A stretch of 64,000 bases of DNA, taken from NCBI GenBank assembly GCA_013239625.1, contig MU054096.1, positions 595,098-659,097 of the forward strand, read 5' to 3'. A model generated the notes under the pieces. The model worked only from the letters and a program-made list of their open reading frames with translations, was not told the origin of the DNA and did no database searches. Shown here piece after piece: positions 49,590 to 62,129 of this stretch. The position numbers were made by a program, and so were the translations under genes. Positions within the stretch are counted from its first letter, which is position 1, and the number at the start of each line of letters is the position of its first letter. The DNA comes from Lama guanicoe. Taxonomy: Eukaryota.

Positions 49590-49790
49590 AGAAAACAGTC
49601 TTTGCAGCAGGTCAGAGCCAGGTAGGTCCTGACCCTTTCTGAGACCCTTTGTGACCTTAGGCAAATGACCTAACCTCTCTAAGCCTTGGATTTGCCGTCT
49701 GCAAACAGAGACGATAATAACCACCTGGGTACCTTTAAAGTATTTAAAATAAGGTATGTAAAGCACTGCCTGGTGCATAGTATTTCAGTA
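49590..49790 (+). mobile_element. MIR
   Basis: GTGACCTTAGGCAAATGACCTAACCTCTCTAAGCCT..GTAAAGCACTGCCTGGTGCATAGTA. Confidence 0.8.
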
Positions 49791-49819
49791 TTATAAAAAG
49801 GAATTAAGCAATAAAGTTT

Positions 49820-50252
49820 TTTTTGTTGTTAAGAAAGAAAGGGAGAATTTTATTCAAGCCAAATTTGAAGATTATAGCCTAGGAAGAACACCTCAGAAGG
49901 TTCTGAGAACTGTTCTGCCAGTTAGAAATCAAGGCGGTTTTACAAGGTTTTTGAGACAGAAGGTGTTTATTTACAGTTCTCATAATCCAAATCTAAGCCT
50001 CATCCTGTTGGGTCATGTGACCCCTTACAGGCTCAAGAAGGAAAGTTACCTTTTAAGGAGTTGTCAGGTTGATGCTAGGAGAATGTTGCTCTTTTTTTTT
50101 TTAATTGAAGTACAGTCAGTTGCAGTATGTTAGTTTCTGGTGCACAGCACAATGTCCCAGTCATATACATACATAGATTCATTTTCATATTTTTTCCATT
50201 AAAGGTTATTACAAGATATTGAATATAGTTTCCTGTGCTATAAAAGAAACTG
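49820..50252 (-). mobile_element. Short L1 3' end (50092-50252) plus transduced ERV-LTR-like segment (49831-50091), one TSD-bounded insertion
   Basis: TSD AAGCAATAAAGTTT at 49806-49819 and 50253-50266; two poly-T tracts; minus-strand AATAAA at 49849-49854. Confidence 0.85.
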
Positions 50253-51059
50253 AAGCAATAAAGTTTCTTTAATGCCATTTCCAAAACCCAGTCCTACCTG
50301 ACAAAGTGAATTTCAGGTTATTGTTGACATCATTTTTTCTAGTTAGCTTCAAACTTCTGTTGAAAATAACGCATTCTCTCCCCGGAGTAACACACGTGTT
50401 GATATGCACATCAAATTTTGCAAACATTTATTGATGGGTTCTCAAAATAATTTTGCAAACCATTGAAGGGCTCCTTTTAAAACAGAAACTGAGGCAAAAT
50501 CACAGAACTGTAATTCCATCTACTCCCCCAACTTTCCTGGCAGAGTGATTTAAATCTTTCCCCTCTGTTGCTCACACCCCTTCTCTAACTGCAGTCTACC
50601 CAACCTCACAGAACAAACAGATGGGTTATAAGGGACTATCAGACACCCAAAAGAAAGTGTTGTACAGTTTCACCATTGAAAATTATTGAAAGTCTCCAGC
50701 CATCACTACCACGGTGTTTTTCCTGTAGTGATTTTTGTCCTGAAGGCTCTGGACAGGTCTGACTGTTCCTGAAATATACATTTACGTGGTCTTCACTCCA
50801 GCAGCTAGGATAAGGTGACCACATCTTTGTGATTTACCACTGGTGCTGAGAGACCAGGACCACAAACACTTGTCCACATCTAAAGAGACAACGTTTTTCA
50901 GAAATCTTGAGTAGTAATTACACTAGCTCTAAAAGGAATTCATCATAAAAATTTCACAGAGATTGTATCCATCACAATACTGACATGAATTCTCTTTATT
51001 TTACATTTACTTATGTCCTCCCCCCAAAAAGATTCCATTTGAACTTTTCTAGTTTCAAA

Positions 51060-53495
51060 AGAACATGAAAGGGTAACTTCCTCAACTTGATGAAGAATAT
51101 CTTCAAAAATCTATAGCTTATTCTTAACCTATGACTATACTTTATGGGGAAAAACTCAGAAGTTTTCCCACTAAGATCAGGTACAAGACAAGGATGTCCC
51201 CTCTCACCACTCCTTTTCAGTATTATATTGCAAGTTCTAACCAATGCAATAAGACAATAGAAGGAAATTTATGTATGTATGTATATATATATATATGTAT
51301 ATATGTATATATACCCTTACACACTTATGTACGTGGAAGGAAAAAATAAAATGGTCTTTGTTTGCAGATGATATGATTGTCAATATAAAGAATCCAAAAA
51401 AATCAACAAAAACTTGGAACTAGTAAGTGATAATAACAGGTTTGAAGGATGCAAGGCCAGTCACTTTTCTACATACTAGCAATGAACAAGTGGAATTTGA
51501 AATTAAAGACACAATGCCATTTATATTAACATCACCAAAATGAAATACCTAGGTGTAAATCTAACAAAATATGTACATGATCTATATGAGAAAAACTATA
51601 AAACTCTGGTAAATAAAATAAAAGGAAGACTAAATAAATGAAGAGATACTGCATGTTTATGGATAGGAAAACTCAGTGCTGTCAAGATGTCGGTTCTTTC
51701 CAACTTGATCTACGGATTCAGTGCAATCTTGGTCATAATTCCAGACATTTACCTTGTGGATATTGACAAATTGACTCTAAAGTTTACACCAAGAGGAAAA
51801 AAGCTCAGAATAACCAACACAATATTGAAAGAGAACAAAGTTGGAGTATTAACTCTACTCAACCTCAAGTCTTACATTAAAGCTACAGTAATCAAGACAG
51901 TGTGTTATTGATAACAGAATAGACAGATAGGTCAGTGGACCATAATAGGAAGCCCAGAAGTAGACCCACATAAATATGGTCAACTGATCTTTGGCAAAGG
52001 AGCAAAGGCAATGCAGTGATGCAAAGGGTCTTTCCAAAAAATGGTGGTGGAACAACTAGACATCCACCTGCTTAAATGAATAAATAAAAGAATCTAGACA
52101 TAGACTTTATACACTTCACCAAACTTAATTCAAAATAGATCATAGACCTCAATGTAAACAGCTATAAAACTCCTAGAAGATAACATTGGAGAAAACCTAG
52201 ATGACCTTGGGTATGAAAATGATTTTTTTTTTTAAACGGAGGTACTGGGGATTGAAGCCAAGACCTCGTGCATGCTAAACATGCTCTCTACCACTGAGCT
52301 ATATCCACCCCCCTGAAAATGAATTTTTAGCTTGAACAGCAAAGGTATAATCCATGAAAGAAATAATTGATAAGCTAGACTTCATTAAAATTAAAAACTT
52401 CTGCTCTGTGAAAGATGTCAAGAAAACGAGAAGACAAGCCACAGACTGGGAGAAAATATTAGCGAGAAATACATCTGATAAAGGACTGTTATCCAAAATA
52501 TACGAAGAACTCTTAAACATCCATAATAAGAAACCACCTGACTGAAAAAATGGACCTGTGGACCTTAATAACCTCCTCGCCAAAGAGAAATAGATGACAA
52601 ATAAGCATGTGAAAAGATGCTCCGTATCATGCTTTCGGGGAATTGAAGTTATAACTATGAGATGCACACCTATTAGAATGGCAAAATCCGGAACACTGAC
52701 AACACCAAACGCTGGTGAGGACGTGGAGCAACAGGAACTCTCGTTCCCTGCTGATGGGAAGAAAAATGGAACAGCCACTTTAGAAGACAGTTAGACAGTT
52801 TCTGACAAAAATAAGTATACTCTTATGCAATCAAGCAATTATGCTTATGGGTATTTACCCAAAGGAGTTGAAATAAAAACCTGCACATGAATATTTATAG
52901 TCAAATATTTAATTCATAATCACCCAAAACTGGAAGCAACCAAGCTGTCCTTCAGGAGGTGAATGGATAAATAAGCCGTGGCTCATCTATACAATTCAGG
53001 CATAAAAAGAAATGAGCGATCAAGCCATGAAAAGGCCAGGGGAGAACCATACTTGCATGTTACTAAGTGAAAGAAATTTGAAAAGGATATATATATTGTA
53101 TGATTCCAACTGTACGGCAATCTGGAAAAGGCAGAACTATGGAGAGAGTAAAAGAGCACTGGTTGCCAGGGGTTGGCTGGGGGCATGGGGTGGTGAGGAG
53201 GTACGAACAAAGCAGTAAAAATACTCTGTATGATCCCATAATGATGGATACCTGTCATTACTCCTTTGTCCAAACCCATTGACAATACAACGCCAAGAGT
53301 GAACTGTATTGTAAACCACAGACTTTGGATGATTACAGTGTGCCATCGTAGGTCATCAGTCGTAACAAACCGCTCTGGTGGGGGAAGCTGATAATAGGGT
53401 CTTTGTGTGGGTGGGGTCGGGGTATACGGGGAATCTCTGCTTTCCCATAAATTTTTCTATGAGCCTTAAACTAGTCTAAAAATAAAATCAAGTCT
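51060..53495 (+). mobile_element. Older L1 (L1MB/MC-type), decayed ORF2 RT to 3' end
   Basis: GEKL.SFP..([10 protein letters not shown]) region, TTTGCAGATGATATGATT (FADD), [22 protein letters not shown]. Confidence 0.9.
52223..52313 (-). mobile_element. vic-1-type SINE nested in L1
   Basis: SINE head; direct repeat TGAAAATGA at 52214-52222 and 52314-52322. Confidence 0.9.
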
Positions 53496-53929
53496 TAATT
53501 TTTAAAAAGTGACTTTTAAAAAGTTCTTAAAAGCGACTTGTCATTCCTGTTTGAAAAGATACTGGCTTTGAAAAGATTACGCCTTGTTAAAAAATAGACA
53601 GCATCATAAAAAAAGAATTAAAAATGCAACAGAATCTGATGCAGACCTCCCCACAGGCCCACCCCTGCCAACACTTGTTCTCAAAGTGGACATTTGCGTC
53701 TCAAGGGTCACCAAGAACACGGAACTCATTCCAAACATCTCTGCGGCTCAGTTGGAACAACTGTTCGTGTTTATAAGGCACATGGTCTGATGAAGATTCC
53801 GTTTATTTTAGATTAGTCTGGGGGCTGGCATGTGGCTGCGAAAGTCTGAGGATGAGAGGACACGTTTCAGCAGTGTGTGCTGGGAGCAGAGCCTTCTGTC
53901 ACTGCCTCACCCTGTCCTGCAGACCCTCA

Positions 53930-54296
53930 TTCTACCAAAAGCACCTATGATTCCCTGCCAGGGGGCTTTCTTCCGGGCTCACGGAGCCCAGGCTGGAACT
54001 ACTGGGGGCTTAGCTCCCCCCGCGAGGAACCCCCAGCCAGTGGCAGCTATGCACTCCAGCTCTCTTGCAACCTGCTGGGGTAACTCAAAGAAACAGCTAC
54101 ACGGACTCCCAGCATCCCAGCCTGGTTAACTCCAGCCACTGGTTCCCGTAACTCAATCTGCAATGGCCCTTTATTAGCCACCTTCCCTTCTTTCTCTCAC
54201 TTCTCTTCTTCCCTGGTATTTCCTGGTCTCATCTCCTCAATAAACTACTGACCTATCCTTTTAGGATCTGCTTCTGGGGTAACCTAAACTAAGATA
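53930..54296 (+). mobile_element. LTR16-like ERVL LTR
   Basis: CTCCTCAATAAACTACT..CTGCTTCTGGGGTAACCTAAACTAAGA terminus. Confidence 0.7.
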
Positions 54297-54329
54297 AGTC
54301 TTATTCCTGACTTCCTTGTTAATCTGACT

Positions 54330-54740
54330 TCAATTTTCCCCAAGTTCCCAGCTTCAGGTTCAAGGTCATGGGCTTCAAAGGAGGCTGGCTCACCCCCGCT
54401 CCAGAAAACAGGGTCCATCGCAGTGCAGGTGGCTCAGTGATGACCAAGGAGACATGAAGGGAGTTCAGCCCGCGGACTTTAAGGACATAGAGGAGCCCGT
54501 TTGTTTTAAGCCCCTGGCCTCTGTCACGTCTGGGTGAGACGCTGGAAGTGGTGCAGTCATCTTGTCACCATGAGGGAGACACTGGGAGGATGGAGCGAAC
54601 ACCGCCGAGGGAGGCAGGGCCCTGATGACAGCACGCCTGGAGCACCTGCCTTTGGGATTCTCGTTACGTGAAACAATTCCTGTCGCTGGACGCAGCTGAG
54701 TCAGGGTTTGTTGTTACTCCAGGCCAAAAAAAAAATCTAA
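54330..54740 (+). mobile_element. Old MaLR LTR
   Basis: GCAGTCATCTTGTCACCATGAGGG..GAGTCAGGGTTTGTTGTTACT. Confidence 0.55.
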
Positions 54741-55649
54741 TTAATATATTTTCATGACTAGAGAAAACAACACCCATTGCCATTCTTACTTGGTGAACAT
54801 GGTTCCATCTCCTGCCCCCTTCCCCTAAATTGTTTGTCCCGATGTCTGTCTGTCCCCTTTTGGCTCTTGATTTCTGTTCTACCATGTCCTCTCTGGTTCA
54901 CGACAGACTTACTTGTGCCACACGAACATCCTTATCTCCTCAGATGCAGAAAACAGAATATCGCATCATCAGAGTCTGCAAGTTAGGAAAGACAGACTTA
55001 AGACGGTGAGGCACAAACTAAGGTAAGCCCTCATAAGTGTGCAGATCTTACTGGGAGAGGTAGGAAGTTGGCAGGCTAATGCTGAAAGCCCTGGGACCCA
55101 AAGGGCAAACTCTGATCAGTGGTGTAAATTCAGAAATTCTGCTTCATTGTTTTGCTCAGAACGAATCAGGCCCTGTAAACTGACTCAAACCCAGCTACCT
55201 CAGAGGAGAAGACATCAGTAGGTCAATTGGTTATTTATGGTCAAAATCCCTGTAGCCTTTCCCAATCTCAAGGGACTTATAAAAACCATCAGGAATTTTC
55301 TTGAAGGTCCTGGATGAAAAACAACCGACTGGAAGAGTCTTGAAGGGTTTTTAATCCAGACAGTGGCCAAGCCTGGCGATCTGACTTTGCTGCGTGTCGT
55401 CTCCATGTTCGTGCCAGGCACATGGAGCCATGGGCTTGGAATGAGGCATCGTTGCTGGGATCCACAGTTCTGACTCAGGGCGAGCACTGGGGTGGATCAG
55501 AGCTGACCCAGAGCCTGGTCGCGTGATATCCAAGTAGCAACCACCCCCCTAGTTATGACAACCCAAACAGTCTGTAGTCATTGCAATGTATATATACCCC
55601 CCAGGGTGGCGGTGGGGGGCATAAATCCTGAGGCGAGAACCACTGGGAT

Positions 55650-56450
55650 AGAAGTGAGTTACGAAGACAATCCTGGGCTGAAGAGATCAATTTGGGAGTC
55701 GTTAGCCTGGAGATGTTTGAAGTCATTAGACCAATAGATATCACCAGGGAGTAGATGGAAGAGAGAAGACGTTCAAGGGTGAGATTGGGGGTGCGGCTGC
55801 ACCAGTATTCGGAAGTCAGAGAGATGAGGAACCAGCAAAGTGTCAGCAAAAGAAACAAGTAGGTCAGGTGGGAGGAACGGAGAGAATGTGATGTCCCGGT
55901 GGAAAAAAAGTGTATTAACCAAAGAGACAGCATACAGCTGTGTCAAACAGATCAAGTCAAACAGCACTGAGAATTGATCATTTGGTTTCCCATCATGAAC
56001 GCTGTTGATGCCTATGATGGTACCCATTTGTAAGCTGCTAAGTACAGTACTGATTCAACAAGAGGTGGGTCTTACATGTACGACTCCACACCAATACTTC
56101 CTCTAAACTAAGCAGATCAAATGCAGTGTGATTTGATGTTTGTTGATTTGCACAGGTGATCCTTTGACACATCGATTTGATCTGGGTAAAATATGCTTCT
56201 AATTGATTCCATAAATAAAGGAAAATAATTACAGACACTAAATACAAAAATGTTTTCAACGCACTTTCTGTAAACAGACTGAAGGATCAGGCACAACCAG
56301 AGGGCGAAGTGGAACCATGATGGCGAAATGGCAGGACATGTTTTCAGAGGGTGCAGAGGTTCAGGGGGCAAGTTTGAACATGCAGAGGAGAGAGGAGAAA
56401 GTTGTTGGAGTGATATCCTCGGGTGGGCAGGAGAGAACTGATCCTGACGT
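55650..56450 (-). mobile_element. L2 fragments
   Basis: GGGCTGAAGAGATCAATTTGGGAGTC..GATGAGGAACCAGCAAAG..CTGTGTCAAA. Confidence 0.7.
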
Positions 56451-56489
56451 TTGAGTCATGTTATGTATGTTTCAGTATATTTCACAGAT

Positions 56490-56932
56490 GCCGAGAATGT
56501 TAAGCTGGAGATACAGGAGCAGGTGCCGTATCCTCTGGAAACTTTCTGTCCCGTAGCTGCCTGCTTACAGCTTCTGCCTCAAGCACAGCAGGAGGCCTTC
56601 TCTGGCCGGAAGAGAAGGTTTGGCCCCAGAATGTTGGCTTCCCCTCCCCCAAGCAGCCCTCAGGCGAAGACAGATGGGAGTTGGAGTGTAGGTGCCTGGT
56701 TCCTTCGCCCTGAGGGAGAGGCGGCCCTAAGGAGGTTCCTGTGCTGTCCCCCAGGAATCCCCAGTGCAGCCAGGCCTCAAGGCCCACAGCAGAAATCTCT
56801 TTGGCTCCCCCTGTGCTGGTTGGCTTCCCTCCCCCACCTCACTTCTCCACTTCTGGGGATCATCTCCCAAATAAGCTACTTACACTCAAATCCTTGCCCC
56901 AGTGTTTCTTCCGGGGAAACCCAGCTCAGACA
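56490..56932 (+). mobile_element. LTR16-like ERVL LTR
   Basis: CATCTCCCAAATAAGCTACTTACACTCAAATCCTTG..GGGGAAACCCAGCTCAGACA terminus. Confidence 0.75.
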
Positions 56933-57847
56933 GTGTACATTCAAACAACTGTAAGTCCTACCTGCTGGTCAGTAGTACATGACTTCTTACAGGTTGTGTA
57001 GGAAAGTTGTCATTCTGGACAAACTTCAAGCAATGTCTTTATGCCTTTGCAGATTTCAGCCCAGAATATAACATAACACAGTGCAATATTTATCTTGACG
57101 ATAATGACCCCAATCTGTGCTTGAGTGTCTCTCTCTGTCACATCAGCGTGACAGCACTGAGCGTTTAGCTTGAGTAAGTGGTTCCCTGTCCTTTGATAAT
57201 ACACCTTGGGCCCAGCATCCTGCTCAGTGCAATTTTCAGCTCCATCAGGGGAAGCCTAAGACAGCTCAGAATTCCCAGAGATTTTCAAACTGTGCTTCAT
57301 TTGTTCTGTTATGCACTCAGTCTGTCTTGTCCCTTTGAACTGGACTCCCCAGGGGATTCAGTTAGGTAGCCACTTCTTTTGTCCTTTCATTTCACATGCT
57401 CTCGCTGGCCATTTCCTTTTTAGTCTGAATTATGTTATTTCCTTAACCCCCACCCACCCCAACTCACTCAACTTTCATCAAAAATCCCACCAAGACAGGT
57501 AACTATAATATAAACCCTTCCTTTCCTTAGCACCTTAAGATTTCATTTTGCATAGTTAGGGGATAATTGGTTACATTTATATAGTGTTTCTGAGGTGCCA
57601 GACACTGTTATAAGTGCTTTACATGAGGTTTTTTTTTTTTTTAATTTCTTTCTTCACATCAACTCTGTGTTACAGGAATAATATTATCTCCATTTTACAA
57701 GATTGGATTATGATGAATTTTAATTGGTACACTTTGAATTCCACAGCACTTCAGGGCTAGAAGCAACCTTGAAAGTTCATGCAGGTGATCTTTTCCAAGT
57801 ATTCTAGGATAATTGTAGACCCAAACCTTTGAAATGGCTTACAGATG

Positions 57848-58452
57848 CTGTGAACGAAATTGTGTCCCCTTAGAATTTTTATGTCGAAGCCCTAAGCCCA
57901 GATGTGATGGTATTTGGAGGTGGGGCCTTTAGGAGGTGATTAGACTTAGGTGAAATCTTGAGGCTGGGGCCCTCACGATGAGATTAGTGCCCATTTAGGA
58001 AGAGACCAGAGAGCTTGCTTTTTTGTTTGTTTGTTTTTTAAAGAATTGTATTTGACAATCAGATCTAAAAGGGGTCCTTTATAAAAGAAATCTCCTATGA
58101 GAGTTGTTTTGTTAGGTTTTCTCTTTTGGGGAGATAGTTAGGTTTATTTATTTTTTACTTTTAGAGGAGGTGCTGGGGATTGAACCCAGGGTCTTGTGCG
58201 TGCTAGGCATGTGCTCTGCCACTGAGCTGTACCCTTCCCTGCCCCAGAGAGCTTGCTCTTGTTCTCTCTCGGCCCCGTGTGGGCACAGCACAAAGACGGT
58301 CATCTGCAAGCCAGGCAGAGCCCTCACCAGAACCAAATTAGCTAGCACCTCGACCTTGGACTCCCTCACCTCCAGACCTGTGAGAAACAAACATTGTGCA
58401 AGCCATTGGGTCTGTGCTGTTTTGTTACAGTATCCTGAGCTGGCTGAGACAA
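57848..58452 (+). mobile_element. MLT1A-like LTR split by a SINE
   Basis: AATTGTGTCCCC..GTGATGGTATTTGGAGGTGGGGCCTTT..CCTCCAGACCTGTGAGAAA. Confidence 0.85.
58020..58243 (-). mobile_element. vic-1-type SINE with extended 3' tail and 14-bp TSD
   Basis: TSD CCAGAGAGCTTGCT at 58006-58019 and 58244-58257. Confidence 0.92.
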
Positions 58453-58624
58453 CAGGTTTCTGCAGGACCCAGCGTGGCCTCTCTCTCCAGGCCCATCTCA
58501 CAGCATTATCCCGTCCCCCCAACCCTGACACTCTGGTCACAGAAGCTTCATTCTGTGTCTGCAGTGAGACGCATTCCTCCTATTTCCGGGCTTTGATAAG
58601 TGCTGTTTCCTCGGTCTCAAACTC

Positions 58625-59088
58625 TGTGGTAGACAAAATAACAGCCCCCAAAGATGTCCATGTCACAATCCCCAAAACCTGTGTATATTGTTACTTTACA
58701 TGATGAAAGGACTCTGTAAGTGTGACTAAGTTAAGGATCTGGAGATGAGAGGATCATCTTGGATTATGCAGATGGTCCTAATGTGATCACAAGGGTCTTT
58801 CCAAGAGGAGGCAGGAAGTTCAGGGTCGGGGGAGACAGAGAGGCCCACAGATGCAGAGCTCAGAGTGATGCCTTTGCTGGAAGAGGAGCCAGGGCGCATA
58901 GTGGTCTCCAGAGTCTGGAAAAGACAATCCTCCCCTTACACAGTCTCTGCCCAAGAGCCTCCAGAAGGAAAGAAGTCTTGCTGACCCATCGTAGATTTCT
59001 GAACTCCAGAATTGTAAGATAATAAATTACATTTGTTTGTGTCGCTGTCGGTGGTGACCTGTTACAGCAGCAATAAGAAACTAATACT
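58625..59088 (+). mobile_element. MLT1D-like LTR
   Basis: TGTGGTAGACAAAATAACAGCCCCCAAAGATGTCC..TGTTACAGCAGCAATAAGAAACTAATAC. Confidence 0.85.
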
Positions 59089-59139
59089 CTCTTCCTAGCT
59101 ACTCCTCTCTTCATTTTAATTCTTATTGTTCTGTAGATT

Positions 59140-59430
59140 TTGATTCAAGTATCACTTCCTCAGGAAAGGGAATATCACTGTCACCCTTACCACTCTGACC
59201 ACAAACTCATCGCGAAATGCCCTGTTACATTTTCACAGCCTTTCGTACTTCTCCTTCATAGCCCTTAACACTGTCAGATTATTTGATTCACAGCTGTGTA
59301 ACCCCCCAGATTCCAACTTCTGTGAGGGCAGAGTCATGCTGTTTTATTTTTCACCCATTATATTCCCAGCATCTCACACCATAAAATCACAAACGTTCAA
59401 TAAATCATTGTTTAATGAATAAATGAATGA
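59140..59430 (+). mobile_element. L2 3' end
   Basis: TCACTTCCTCAGGAAAG..CTGTGAGGGCAG..TCAATAAATCATTGTTTAATGAATAAATGAATGAA. Confidence 0.7.
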
Positions 59431-59764
59431 AGAAGTAACTGATTAACAGAGGACATGAAAATGATTGGTTGGCCCTAAAAGAGACATAGAAGATTATTGT
59501 TGTAAGTTTAACTGATTAGCCTCCAAGTAAAACTCAGTGCCATATATAAAAGGGATCCTATGAAGCATTAATTTCCATATTTAAGAAGCATCAGAAGTTT
59601 ACAGTCAGAAACAGGTGCTGGTTAATAAGAAACTAGAGGTTCATTTCTATCTCATTTTAATTCTTCTGTTTCTAGGTCATGTCTTTTTCTTGCTTCCACC
59701 AGTTCAAGTTTATGAAAACTGCTTTGAAAAGGAAATTAGCTCTGAAGTTAACTTTTATAACTCT

Positions 59765-60120
59765 CTTAGTCAAGGTAATCCGCTCTGTGGTGTAGCAACA
59801 AACCCCCAAATCTCAGTGGATTCAGAATCAGATAAAATGACTTCTTGTCCTTAGGAAGTCTGAAAAAGTTGTCTTGCATCTGGTGAGTCAGGAATTCAGA
59901 CTCCCTTCATCTCCTGAAGCCTCGCTTTGACCTGTGGCGTCCAGGCTGCCTGCCCTGGCAGAGCAAGAACTCACAGCCCTGAGCCACCGTGGTCCGGAAG
60001 TGACCCACATTACTTCTGTTCTCAAGCCATTGGTCTAAACTTGTCACGTGGGCCTGACCCAACGACCAGAGAGTCCGGAAAGTGTAAGAGGCGTGGGGAG
60101 TATTTGGTGAGTATTGTCCA
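59765..60120 (-). mobile_element. Old MaLR LTR
   Basis: GTAGCAACAAACCCCCAAATCTCAGTGG..CGGAAGTGACCCACATTACTTCTG..CCATTGGTC. Confidence 0.6.
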
Positions 60121-60319
60121 CGATGGCTGTAAATGTTTTTGGCAGTGAGTTATTATCCATATGCTGTAAGTAAATTGAAATGTTGCCCAAGTAATATTTA
60201 AATGTCCTTAAAAGTTCCAGCTCTTGAAAGAAGCGATACAGTGAGTCATTTTGTAAAGTCTTGTGTGATAATCACTTCAGAAGTCTCAGAGAGGCACGTC
60301 TATGTTTATGTTGGCTTTT

Positions 60320-60505
60320 CCTAAAATCCCAAAGGCAGCTCACCCCAGCTCTTCCCGACTCCCGTTGACGTGGGGTGACGTCACAGTGGTGGCTTGAATC
60401 TGGCCACAGTGGGGTCGTCTACACCAGAGTAGTTAGCAAATGCTGCAAATGAGGACCTTTTTGTTTTTCGAAGAGGCGGCTGTTAACCGTTTACTAGCAC
60501 ACCAC
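60320..60505. mobile_element. MER63-like hAT fossil
   Basis: GCAAATGCTGCAAATGAGG..GCTGTTAACCGTTTACTAGCACACCAC terminus. Confidence 0.6.
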
Positions 60506-61639
60506 CTTATAGACACTGGCAGTTAAAACAACTGTTTGGTACTAGAAATCAGATTGCAACGTAGTTTCAAAATGAGCCAGCTATATACAGTTTTAAAGCC
60601 AGATCATTTTGTGCCCATGGAGTTTGCACAGGCACCTGCACACGGGCTCGTGGCTGGCCATGCGGAGGCTCCAGAAGGAGGAGCAGGAAAGGGCTGTTCT
60701 AGATTCTGCCGCTAGTCACTCACTTACGAGTCCTTGCCCAGGTCACCCAGTCACTCTCAGGCATGGTTTTTCAAATATCAAATAAAAAGTTTGTGCCAGC
60801 TGGCCTTCCGGACCCTCTCCTGCTCTGATATTGACGATGCAGGTCCCAGTCACGTCACGATGCGCACGGCCTGCACTGAGACCGAAGGTACTAAGAACCC
60901 CGAATTGTCTCCAGGGCAGATACTGTCATTTATTTCCAGATGCTTCTGTCGGGACTTGCGTTTGCTCTGTGGGAAGTGTGCATACCGCAGAAACATCTCT
61001 GCAAGAATGGCCCTCTGTTGTTGTAAAATAACTGAGAGAGTCATTTCCCCAAGAATTCAAGTTGCAAGCTCTGTCATCCTGAGAATGAAACTGTACAGCA
61101 GCAGCATCTTCTGGCTTTTTAGATCGTGTGCTTTATTAGCTTTTGTCCCAATGACTTATTACTGCATAATGAATCACCTCAAAAACTCGGTGACTTAAAA
61201 CAAACCGGTTTAGTACATATCACAATTTTCTGTGGCCACCTTTCATCATCCATAACACCAAAGAAGTAACTTAAACACCACCAGACCCCTGTAATCGTGC
61301 CGTCCCCCAGATACACCACTGCCACCACCAACAGCGAAGAGACCAAATCTCTCAAAGTTCCACTAAACATTATGCCTTGCCCCTCTAGATAAATCTTGCA
61401 GCAGGTTTAGCCCAGTCTTGGTATATAACAGTTATGTAAAAATGTGTTAATTTTGTCAGTACATTAAAAAAGTCTGTCTACAAAATACATAATTTATATA
61501 TATATGTATATATATGTAAACCCCTTCATTTATTCTTCAAAGAATAAATCTCTTCCCTGATAAATCTTCCAAGACATTTACATATATTATATATATTAAA
61601 TGTATATGTGTACTGTTTTGTGTGTATTTGTGTGTGTGT

Positions 61640-62093
61640 ATATATATATTTATTTTTTTTAGAGAGATTTATTATAAGATACTGGCTCATGCAGTTGCAG
61701 AGGCTGAGAAGTCCCACTGTCTGTCTGCCACCTGCAAGTTGGAGGCCCAGGAAAGCTGGTGGTGGAGTTCAGAGACTTGAGAGTCAGACAGCTGATGGTA
61801 TAGACTGCAGTCCAGAACAGAAGGCCTGGAACCAAGAGCACCAAGGGTGAGGGAAGTTGAGGTCCCAGATCAGCAGTCAAACCCGGTTAACTCAGCCTTC
61901 CCCACATTTTTGTGCGATTCAGGCTCTCAGTGGATTGGTTGATGTCCACCCAACATCGGGAGCGCTCTTTGCTCTACTCCGTTCATCAAATCTTTTCCAG
62001 AAACATCCTCACAGACTCACCTGGAAATAACGTTTAACCAGCTCTCTGGGCGTCTCATGGCCCCATCAAGTTGCCACATAAAGTTAACCATCA
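61640..62093 (-). mobile_element. MLT2-type ERVL LTR
   Basis: GAGATTTATTATAAG..GGCTCATGCAGTTGCAGAGGCTGAGAAGTCCC..CAAGTTGCCACATAAAGTTAACCATCA. Confidence 0.85.
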
Positions 62094-62129
62094 AAGCTAA
62101 TAACACTGATACTTTAAGTGCTAGTAAAG

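Noticed and set aside
53930..56932. Two same-orientation LTR16-like LTRs as a possible provirus
   Set aside because: The LTRs are dissimilar and the interval is MaLR, L2 and unique DNA with no gag/pol remnants
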